A DNA stretch of 24,730 bases, taken from positions 1 through 24,730 of the forward strand of contig CAVYJM010000024.1 of NCBI GenBank assembly GCA_963768855.1, given 5' to 3'. The stretch is from an uncultured Thermoplasmata archaeon. GTDB lineage: Archaea > Thermoplasmatota > Thermoplasmata > RBG-16-68-12. The notes beneath the pieces were generated by a model. That model was not told the DNA's origin. It was given only the letters and a program-made list of their open reading frames with translations, and made no database searches. Made by a program: the position numbers and the translations under genes. Shown piece after piece: positions 1 through 6,539 of this stretch; position 1 is the stretch's first letter; every line of letters begins with the position of its first letter.

Positions 1-215
1 ACTTTGACGAGTTGACTACTTTACGGACTGAATCAAACAATGAGATCTCCATTCATTAGTGGATTCAAGTTAAACAAGAATGAGCAATGGATCCGGGCTG
101 CTTTGTGGGACCATCTTTATTGCTGGTTCTACCACAGATTTTCGCAGGCACAAAGATAGCTATTGAAGTTTGTTTTTTAGAAAATAAGAGTATATTATAG
201 GTGGAGAGGGAATCA

Positions 216-425
216 ATGACACTTATCTATGTTGCAATAACAGGTGCTTATAATGATCATATCGTTCTTGGTGCCTTTCTTAATAGTGATCAAGCTTTGA
301 AATGTCTGGAGACTGAGAGTTGGGATCCTTGGGGAGAAGACCGCATAATGGAGGCATATGATGGTGATACAGGAAAATGTGTGGAGACTGTCTATCTTCC
401 TCATAGTGAAGGGAAAAGTATATGA
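216..425 (+). CDS. Small hypothetical protein, phage-like (69 aa, MTLIYVAITGAYNDHIVLGAF...)
   Basis: The track ORF starts at GTG 201, but ATG 216 is preceded by GGAGAGG. Its TGA overlaps the next ATG (ATGA at 422-425). No family recognised. Confidence 0.5.
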   Translation: MTLIYVAITGAYNDHIVLGAFLNSDQALKCLETESWDPWGEDRIMEAYDGDTGKCVETVYLPHSEGKSI

Positions 426-625
426 TAGTAACTTTTATTATAGTAATGTTTGTTATTCTCTTTCTCGCTGAGAAACTTACTGTATTAACTTGTCTTGAGT
501 TAGGTGGGTTTGTAGGTAGCAAGGCAGACTTGTGTCGCAGCTTATTTATACCTTTTTATGTTATTTTGAAATTGCTCGTTCGTGTCGTCAAGAACTGTAT
601 TGAGGAATTTCAAGCATTGGAATGA
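422..625 (+). CDS. Small hypothetical membrane protein (67 aa)
   Basis: Hydrophobic N-terminus (MIVTFIIVMFVILFLA) and a second hydrophobic stretch (LFIPFYVILKLLV). ATGA overlap with the upstream ORF. Confidence 0.45.
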   Translation: MIVTFIIVMFVILFLAEKLTVLTCLELGGFVGSKADLCRSLFIPFYVILKLLVRVVKNCIEEFQALE

Positions 626-649
626 AACTTCTGATAAGGAGATAGTCAT

Positions 650-706
650 ATGATTACCGATGAGATCAAAAAGGCTGAGGCCGATAAAACAAAACCGCGA
701 CCGTGA
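650..706 (+). pseudogene. 5' fragment of a gene cut at the GC junction (MITDEIKKAEADKTK|PRP*)
   Basis: A strong RBS (TAAGGAG at about 635-641) precedes ATG 650. The frame crosses into GC-rich DNA after 15 codons and stops at 706. Confidence 0.45.
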
Positions 707-929
707 CCTCTGCCTCGCCCTCGAGGAGCTGCAGCAGGGCGTCGTAGGGAGCCGTGTGCTCGCTCAGCCCCTGGCCCGCGTCGAAGGCGAACAGGGTGAC
801 CGTGCCGGCCTTGTCCTCGAGGAGCGTGCGGCTCACCACCGAGCCCTCCTGGTACGAAACGAGGGAGGCGAGGTGCGCCTTCTGGCCCGGCGGCAGTCCC
901 CCTCCCGTGCCTTTCGAAGTTTCCTTCAC
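666..929 (-). pseudogene. Cupin-domain protein, C-terminally truncated at the junction
   Basis: GTG 929 with upstream GGAGAGG. The sequence SYQEGSVVSRTLL...VTLFAFDAGQGLSEHTAPYDALLQLLEGEAEVTV is cupin motif 1. Motif 2 is missing, and the frame runs into AT-rich DNA (VLFYRPQPF*). Confidence 0.8.
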
Positions 930-1080
930 CGTCCTCTCTCCCGTGAGGCGCTCCCGTTGGACCGCCTCTCCACCGCCGGAGAAGCGCTCAAAGACATAAA
1001 GCTGAAGCCACGATGGATTCGGGACGAACGCGAGATGCAGGCGCAAGGCGACCTGCGAGCCGGTCGGCGATCTCGTCCCG

Positions 1081-1347
1081 TCACGGGACGAACTTGACCT
1101 GGGTGCCCAACGCCTGGGACGGGAATCCGCGGTCCCACCGGACCCGGACCGCTCCTCTCCGGCCGTGGCGTGCGACGACGCGGCCCAGGATCTTGAGGCC
1201 GTCCGCGCGGGCCCAGACGACCCGGGCTCCGAGGAGCTTCTCCGCCTGATCCGGCTGGGCGAGGTCCACGACGGTCTGGTAGCTGTCCTGCTTGAATTTG
1301 CTCTGGCGGAACGCCACGACCGTTCCGGTTACCTCGGCCTTCGCCAT
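1081..1347 (-). CDS. rpl35ae: 50S ribosomal protein L35Ae (eL33), 88 aa
   Basis: The C-terminal 88 aa of track ORF 1081..2046 (MAKAEVTGTVVAFRQSKFKQ...AEKLLGARVVW...GRVVARHGRRGAVRVRWDRGFPSQALG) match the archaeal L35Ae pattern (G.V..YRRS..NQ...A.KLIG..V.W...GKI...HG..GAVRARF..GLPGQALG). A TATA box lies 26 nt upstream. Confidence 0.88.
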   Translation of the reverse strand: MAKAEVTGTVVAFRQSKFKQDSYQTVVDLAQPDQAEKLLGARVVWARADGLKILGRVVARHGRRGAVRVRWDRGFPSQALGTQVKFVP

Positions 1348-1372
1348 ACGCGCGGTGCCACGGTCCCCTGCG

Positions 1373-1387
1373 TTATAAGGGCTTCGC
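1373..1387 (-). promoter_or_regulatory. Archaeal TATA/BRE promoter of rpl35ae; leaderless transcript predicted
   Basis: The minus strand reads GCGAAGCC-CTTATAA. The TATA box ends 26 nt upstream of ATG 1347. Confidence 0.7.
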
Positions 1388-1435
1388 ATGCGAAGCAAGG
1401 GACGCCTTCCTGCATCCCCGCATCCGTAACATGGC

Positions 1436-1985
1436 TCAGTGCAGGAGCCCGTTGGCCCGGAACTCGGCCGTGACCTTCTCGACGGCCTCGTCCACATCGG
1501 AGGGCTTGCGGGCGCCCGTGCAGACGAGCTTCCCGCTGCCGAATAGGAGAAGGACGACCGCGGGCTTCTCGATGCGGTAGACGAGGCCGGGGAACTGCTC
1601 CGGGTTCGGACTCGACCTGACCGAGGCCCAGAGTGATCGCGACCGCGTTCAAGTCGATCTGCGCGCCGAGGTCCGACGTGGCGACGATGTTCTGGACCTC
1701 GATCTCCGGGTTCTTCTTCACGGTTATGCCCGCGGCCTGGATCTGCTTCGACACGAGGTCGATCGCGATCTTCACGTGCTCGAGGCTCTTCGCCCCGGTG
1801 CACACGACCTTGCCGCTGCGGAAGAGCAGGGTCGCGGTCTTCGGGTCCTTGATGCGGTAGATGAGGCCGGGGAACTGTTCCGGCTCGTACTCCGCCCCGC
1901 CAAGGACGTGAGCGATCGCCTTGAGGTCGAGCTCCTCCCCGAGGGAGGTCGATGCGACGACGTTCTCGATCCGGTATTTGGCCAA
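1436..1985 (-). CDS. tbp: TATA-box-binding protein, with a +1 frameshift near 1601-1604 in this sequence
   Basis: Repeat 1 is YRIENVVAS...YEPEQFPGLIYRIKDPKTATLLFRSGKVVCTGAKS. Repeat 2 resumes after skipping one base (GAA CCC G GAG CAG TTC) as EQFPGLVYRIEKPAVVLLLFGSGKLVCTGARKPSDVDEAVEKVTAEFRANGLLH*, with TGA at 1436-1438. The span is 550 nt, i.e. 183 codons plus 1. Confidence 0.95.
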
Positions 1986-2054
1986 GGAAGCACCGCCGAG
2001 GGTCGAAAGCGTCCGCGCCAGGGCGCTCGGCTGGGAGGGAAGCCAAATGGAGCC

Positions 2055-2062
2055 TTATATAG
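2055..2062 (-). promoter_or_regulatory. TATA box of tbp
   Basis: The minus strand reads CTATATAA, about 70 nt upstream of the TTG start. A GGTG RBS-like element lies just before the start. Confidence 0.55.
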
Positions 2063-2198
2063 TTGGGTCAGCCGCGCAACGGTCTTTCCGAGGCACCGAC
2101 CGCTCAGGTCGGTGCCGTCGCCGTCCCGCGCGGGTGGCCCTCGAAGGAGGAAGGCCGCCTGCATGATGAGGAGATGACGATGCGGCATTCCGCCTCGT

Positions 2199-3194
2199 TC
2201 ACAGGGAGAGAGGCGCCCACATGCGGGGGTTCGGCGCATGTCCGCTAGCCCCGGCGAACCGCTTCGTGGAGCCCCTCGCGATGGCCAAGCGACTCCGGAG
2301 CGTCACCTCCGTCACGCCGCTGACCTTGGCGATTTCGTTCTGGCGCCTGCGCTCGCCGCAGGACCCGGCCGCCAGGTAGATCGCCGTCGCGGCCGTCCCG
2401 ACGGGCGACAAGGACCTCGAGATCCCGGTCCGGTCCCAATCCTTGAGGATGCGCATGGTCTCGAGCTGCGTCCGACTACTCAGCTTGAGTTCGGCGCAGA
2501 AGCGGCCTACGTAGTCCTGAGGGCGCGGGAGCGGCACGGACCGGACGGCCCGGGCCCGGACGAGGTCCCGATAGTGCCGGGCGATCGTCTTCCTCTCGAT
2601 CCCCGTCACGCGCTCGATCTCGCCCAAGGTGCGCGGGACACCGTCGACACGGCAGGCCGCGTACACGGCAGCGGCAACCACGGCCGACATGGAGCGACCC
2701 CGCATGACCCCGCTCTCAATCGCCCTCCGGCAGATGAGGCCCGCCTCATCCTTCACGGAATCCGGGAGGCCCAGTTGGGAGACGATCCGGTCCAGCGCGC
2801 GTGCCATCGCCGCAGAGCTCCGTTCCCCGCGCGCATACTGTGCGGAGGTCACTTGGAGCCTCCGCAGGCGGTAGAACATCTTCCGGGCCTGCTCCGGGAT
2901 CTGGTGGCCCCGGATGTCCCGGGTCGGGTACGGGACGATGGTCGTCAGGCCCGATGCCCCCGTCAGGGCTTTCCGCGGCGGTCCCGTGCGCGCGAGCCGC
3001 TCCGCCTCTTCCATGGAGTAAGCGACCCATTCAGGACCCTGGTCGATCGCGCGATCGGTGAGGACGAGGCCGCAGGCAACGCAGACCACTTCACCGCGGT
3101 CGTAGTCCCGGACGAGGTGAGAGCTGCCGCACTCCGGGCAGACGCGTTCCTCCTCGGCCGTGGACCGAGAGTCCGTTGCGCCAGGCATCCCCAT
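2199..3194 (-). CDS. tfb: Transcription initiation factor IIB, divergent paralogue
   Basis: Zn ribbon CPECG...CVACG, B-reader DQGPEW, cyclin repeats (RGRS...VAAAVYAACR..GVPRTLGEI) and C-terminal HTH QNEIAKVSGVTEVTLRSR. Confidence 0.93.
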   Translation of the reverse strand: MGMPGATDSRSTAEEERVCPECGSSHLVRDYDRGEVVCVACGLVLTDRAIDQGPEWVAYSMEEAERLARTGPPRKALTGASGLTTIVPYPTRDIRGHQIPEQARKMFYRLRRLQVTSAQYARGERSSAAMARALDRIVSQLGLPDSVKDEAGLICRRAIESGVMRGRSMSAVVAAAVYAACRVDGVPRTLGEIERVTGIERKTIARHYRDLVRARAVRSVPLPRPQDYVGRFCAELKLSSRTQLETMRILKDWDRTGISRSLSPVGTAATAIYLAAGSCGERRRQNEIAKVSGVTEVTLRSRLAIARGSTKRFAGASGHAPNPRMWAPLSL

Positions 3195-3336
3195 GCTCCA
3201 TGGACCGCCTGAGATCCTCTCCGGGTCTACCTAGCGAGTCGCCGCACTTAATACCCGCGGTAGGGCGAGTGCGCGGAGCCCCCGTCCCCGTGCGGCCTCC
3301 GCACCCTTATCCGCTCGGCACGATTCGGGGCGCCGA

Positions 3337-4230
3337 ATGCCCGCGGCGCCCAGGCAGGCAGCCCAACGGTGGGAGATCCCGCTCGCGATCGCGTTCATCA
3401 TGCTCTGCTTCGCGGGGAACAGCGTGATCACCCGCCACCTGATCGTTGGAGGCCTCGCGACGCCCTACCTCCTGACCACGGTGCGCTTCGCGAGCGGGTT
3501 CGCAATGCTCCTCCTCGTGAGGGCGGCCGTGCCGGGCGGGAGAGCGCTCCGGGTCGGCTCCCGCCGCGACCTCCTCGGAGGCGTCTACCTCGGCGCCTAT
3601 GCGTTCGCGATCTCCTTCGGCTACGCCTTCATCCCCGCCGCGGCGGGCACCCTCGTGTTCTACGCGTTCGTCGTGTTGACGATGGCCCTCTTTGGCGTTG
3701 CGCACGATGGAGACCGGCCGACGCCGCGGGCCGTTGCGGGACCCGCCCTCGCCGTCCTCGGGGTCGGGATCATCACCTTCGGCGGGATCCGGGATGTGAC
3801 CCTTCCCGGGGTGGCCCTGATGGCCGCCACGGGGACCTCATGGGGCCTCTACTCCGTCCACGGCCGAGGCGCGCCCGATTCCCAGGGATACACGTTCTCC
3901 ACGTTCCTCGTCGTCGGCGCGTTCTCCCTGGCCGTGGCTCCGATCCTCTGGGTCACGGCCCCGGACGCCCTCTCGATCGCGTTCACATGGGACGGGCTGG
4001 GGCTCGCCCTGTTCATGGGCATGATCAGCACGGCCCTGAGCTACATCCTGTGGAACGCGACCCTGCGGCGGATCCGCGCGTCCCAGGGAGGGGTCGTCCA
4101 GCTCACGGTTCCGGTCCTGGCGTCCGGGATGGGCATCCTGCTGCTCGGGGAGCACCTGACGGTGACCTTGGTCCTCGGGGCGGCCGCGGTCCTCGCGGGG
4201 ATCTACCTGAACCGCGTGAAGCCGAAGTAG
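3337..4230 (+). CDS. DMT-superfamily (EamA-type) transporter
   Basis: About 10 hydrophobic helices in two EamA-like repeats (TTVRFASG; STALSYILWNATLRRI; VPVLASGMGILLLGEHLT). CCTTATCC lies about 27 nt upstream, suggesting a leaderless mRNA. Confidence 0.88.
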   Translation: MPAAPRQAAQRWEIPLAIAFIMLCFAGNSVITRHLIVGGLATPYLLTTVRFASGFAMLLLVRAAVPGGRALRVGSRRDLLGGVYLGAYAFAISFGYAFIPAAAGTLVFYAFVVLTMALFGVAHDGDRPTPRAVAGPALAVLGVGIITFGGIRDVTLPGVALMAATGTSWGLYSVHGRGAPDSQGYTFSTFLVVGAFSLAVAPILWVTAPDALSIAFTWDGLGLALFMGMISTALSYILWNATLRRIRASQGGVVQLTVPVLASGMGILLLGEHLTVTLVLGAAAVLAGIYLNRVKPK

Positions 4231-4232
4231 CC

Positions 4233-5609
4233 TCACGCCGCCGGAGGGACGTTCTGGTTGAACCGGAAGACGTTGCCCTTGTCGTACTTCGCCTTGATCT
4301 TCCGGAGGCGCGGGTAGCTGCGGCCGAAGTTGACCGACGCCTTGTCCTTGTCGTCCTCCGACGCGAAGTTGATGTAGCCTCCCTTCTCCGAGTAGGGCTC
4401 GATCGCCTTGTAATAGTCCCGCACCCAGCGGATGTTCGCCTCGTTCTGGGCGGGGTCGGGCCACATGCCTGCGATGACCGTGGCGTACTTCGCGTCCCGA
4501 TGGCCGAAGGCGGTCGCATCCGGCTTCACGTCGTGCACGGCGCCGTTGATCGGGTAGATGTGCACCGTCGAGTTGACCGCGGGCAGCTTGGGACCATGGG
4601 CCATGTGGGCGGCGATCGCCCCGTCCGGGAGTTCCTTCACGAAGGCGGTCTTCCAGTAGTGCTGCAGGCCCGGCGGCACGAGCCCGTCGAAGGCGCCGTT
4701 CAGCGCGGGGTAAGGCATCGGCCCGAGCATCTGCGCGACGATCTTGGCCGAGTCGAGCAGCGGGGCGAGAGCCTTCTTCGCCTTGTCCGCGGGCCCGGTC
4801 CAGCATGCGACGATCGCGCACAGCGGGTCGCCGTGTCGGTCCGCGGGGATGAAGGGCAGGGGCGGCGCGATCTGCCACGCGAAGAACGCACCGAGCTGCC
4901 GTGGCGCCTTCGTGATGTACGCGTCGTACGCCCGGATCACGTCCGGCGCGTCCTCCTTCTCGAAGAACGTGACCCCGCCGACGATCATGTCGACCGGGTG
5001 CAGACGGAACTGGAAGTTCGTCACGACGCCGAAGTTCCCGCCCCCGCCCCGGAGAGCCCAGAACAGGTCCGGGTGGGAGTGCGGGCTCGCCGTGACGAAG
5101 GAGCCGTCCGCGAGGACGACATCCGCGGCGATTAGATTGTCGAGGGACAGGCCGAAGCCCCGGGTGAGGTAGCCGATGCCGCCGCCCAGGGTGAGCCCGG
5201 CGATGCCCGTGGTGGAGATGATCCCGCCCGTCGTCGCGAGGCCGAACGCATGGGTCGCGTGGTTGAAGTCGCCCCACGTGCAGCCGCCCTCGGCCCACGC
5301 GGTCTTCGACTTGGGGTCCACGCGGACGCCCTTCATCCGTCCGAGGTCGAGGACCATCGCGCCGTCCGCGGTCCCGAAGCCGGGCACGCTGTGGCTGCCA
5401 CCTCGAACCGAGATGTTCAGGTGGGCCGCATGGGCCGCCTTGACGGCCGCAATCACGTCGGCGACGCCCGTGCAACGCACGATGACCGCCGGCCGCCGGT
5501 CGATCATCGCGTTGTACACCTTGCGCGCCTCATCGTAGCGCTTGTCGCTCCCGATGATGACTTCTCCCCGAACCTGGCCCTGGAGTTCTCCCGCTAGCTT
5601 CTCGTCCAC
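4233..5609 (-). CDS. FAD-binding oxidoreductase, berberine-bridge-enzyme-like (FAD_binding_4 + BBE)
   Basis: RPAVIVRC, VRGGSHS (His site for covalent FAD), TGIAGLTLGGGIG, DLFWALRGGGGNFGVVT and C-terminal YINF...RLRKIKAKYDKGNVF. GTG start with GGAGG. Confidence 0.92.
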   Translation of the reverse strand: MDEKLAGELQGQVRGEVIIGSDKRYDEARKVYNAMIDRRPAVIVRCTGVADVIAAVKAAHAAHLNISVRGGSHSVPGFGTADGAMVLDLGRMKGVRVDPKSKTAWAEGGCTWGDFNHATHAFGLATTGGIISTTGIAGLTLGGGIGYLTRGFGLSLDNLIAADVVLADGSFVTASPHSHPDLFWALRGGGGNFGVVTNFQFRLHPVDMIVGGVTFFEKEDAPDVIRAYDAYITKAPRQLGAFFAWQIAPPLPFIPADRHGDPLCAIVACWTGPADKAKKALAPLLDSAKIVAQMLGPMPYPALNGAFDGLVPPGLQHYWKTAFVKELPDGAIAAHMAHGPKLPAVNSTVHIYPINGAVHDVKPDATAFGHRDAKYATVIAGMWPDPAQNEANIRWVRDYYKAIEPYSEKGGYINFASEDDKDKASVNFGRSYPRLRKIKAKYDKGNVFRFNQNVPPAA

Positions 5610-5691
5610 CCGACCTACGCCTCCCCTTGATGCAGCTTAGGGTATCCGAAAACACCAGATAAAGACCGCACCTCAGGGAGGTCCGGTCGGT

Positions 5692-5781
5692 TCAGACCGC
5701 GTCCAGGAACTCCGCGAGGAGTCCGTGGGCCCCCTTCGTCAATACTTCGACCTTGTTGTGCGTGTCCATGGCGAGCGGCAT
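5692..5781 (-). CDS. Possible 29-aa small protein or gene remnant (MPLAMDTHNKVEVLTKGAHGLLAEFLDAV)
   Basis: Third codon positions are almost all G/C, and GGGGAGAG precedes the ATG. It is below the track length cutoff and no family is recognised. Confidence 0.25.
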   Translation of the reverse strand: MPLAMDTHNKVEVLTKGAHGLLAEFLDAV

Positions 5782-5963
5782 GCTGACTCTCCCCGCCCTG
5801 GGCGATGGACGATCTCCCGCGTCCCTCGTAGTCCCATCGAGGGACGGACTCCGATTTCGGCGGTCCGAATTCTCGGAGCCTCATCTGACGAGCGGACGGA
5901 TTGCGCCAAAGCTTATGGCGCCCTGAGGATTCCCGGAACCAGCAGGAATCGAGGGGTTTGTCC

Positions 5964-6431
5964 ATGACGGGCGGGGGATCAGGGCGGGGGAAGGGAGACG
6001 AAGCACGGGTCCAAGTTGCATTCCATGTGCCGCTGGAATTCGCATTCCGTTGGTGCACGGACTACACCCCGGAGGACGCGGCCCTGGAGGGGGAATCGTA
6101 CTCGCGGAAGATCGTCGAGCGCTCCGGCCGCCGCGTGGTCTTCGAGGACCTCGAGGAGACCCCGTCGGGCTGGGTCTGGGCCCGCGACGTCGTAACCCTG
6201 CGCCCGCCCCGGCGGTGGCACATGGAGAGCGTCGGCAGCCACCGCGACGTGACCGCGGAGTACGTCCTGTCCGAGCTTCCGGACGGCCGCACGCAGCTCG
6301 AGCTCCGATGGTGGCGGCGGCCTAAAGCATTGGGGAAGAAGATCCCGCGCGCTACGCGGGAGAAGGAGACGACCCGCGCGTGGAAGCGGTTCGCCGCGGC
6401 GATGGAACGGGATTACCGGCAAGGACGATGA
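5964..6431 (+). CDS. Hypothetical protein, probable SRPBCC/START-like fold
   Basis: ATG 5964 with GAGGGG RBS. The sequence runs VPLEFAFRWCTDY, then beta-rich segments, then a C-terminal helix (AWKRFAAAMERDY), which is the usual SRPBCC layout. Confidence 0.6.
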   Translation: MTGGGSGRGKGDEARVQVAFHVPLEFAFRWCTDYTPEDAALEGESYSRKIVERSGRRVVFEDLEETPSGWVWARDVVTLRPPRRWHMESVGSHRDVTAEYVLSELPDGRTQLELRWWRRPKALGKKIPRATREKETTRAWKRFAAAMERDYRQGR

Positions 6432-6539
6432 CCACCGGACCGACCCCCGCGTCGCCCTGATGCAGGCCCTCGCGCGGTTGACACGGATAGCCGCAACCTA
6501 AGCCCGCGGGGACCGAGTCTCGGGCACGGACAAGTTGAC

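Larger units (their letters stand above)
1..694. other. AT-rich segment of foreign (phage/virus-like) origin or chimeric contig end
   Basis: Sampled 60-nt lines contain 16-30 G+C, versus about 40 in the rest of the window. It holds densely packed short + strand ORFs with purine-rich RBSs. The switch to GC-rich DNA is abrupt at ...gataaaacaaaa|ccgcgaccgtg (about 694/695). Confidence 0.85.

Noticed and set aside
680-710. Provirus attachment site at the GC junction
   Set aside because: No direct repeat, tRNA or integrase is visible, and genes on both sides are broken.
1081-1083. UGA recoding (selenocysteine or readthrough) at the rpl35ae stop
   Set aside because: L35Ae is complete at the stop, the 30-aa readthrough has no recognisable motif, and no Sec machinery or SECIS consensus is visible.
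1081-2046. 321-aa ORF that looks like a TBP-region/L35Ae fusion
   Set aside because: Only the last 88 codons are protein-like, and they have their own promoter. The rest is an off-frame shadow of tbp, whose corrected frame stops at 1436.
2238-5475. Long ORFs 2238..3212 (+), 3369..5135 (+) and 3838..5475 (-)
   Set aside because: They are Arg/Gly/Pro-rich antisense or off-frame shadows of tfb, the EamA gene and the FAD oxidase, as expected at high GC.
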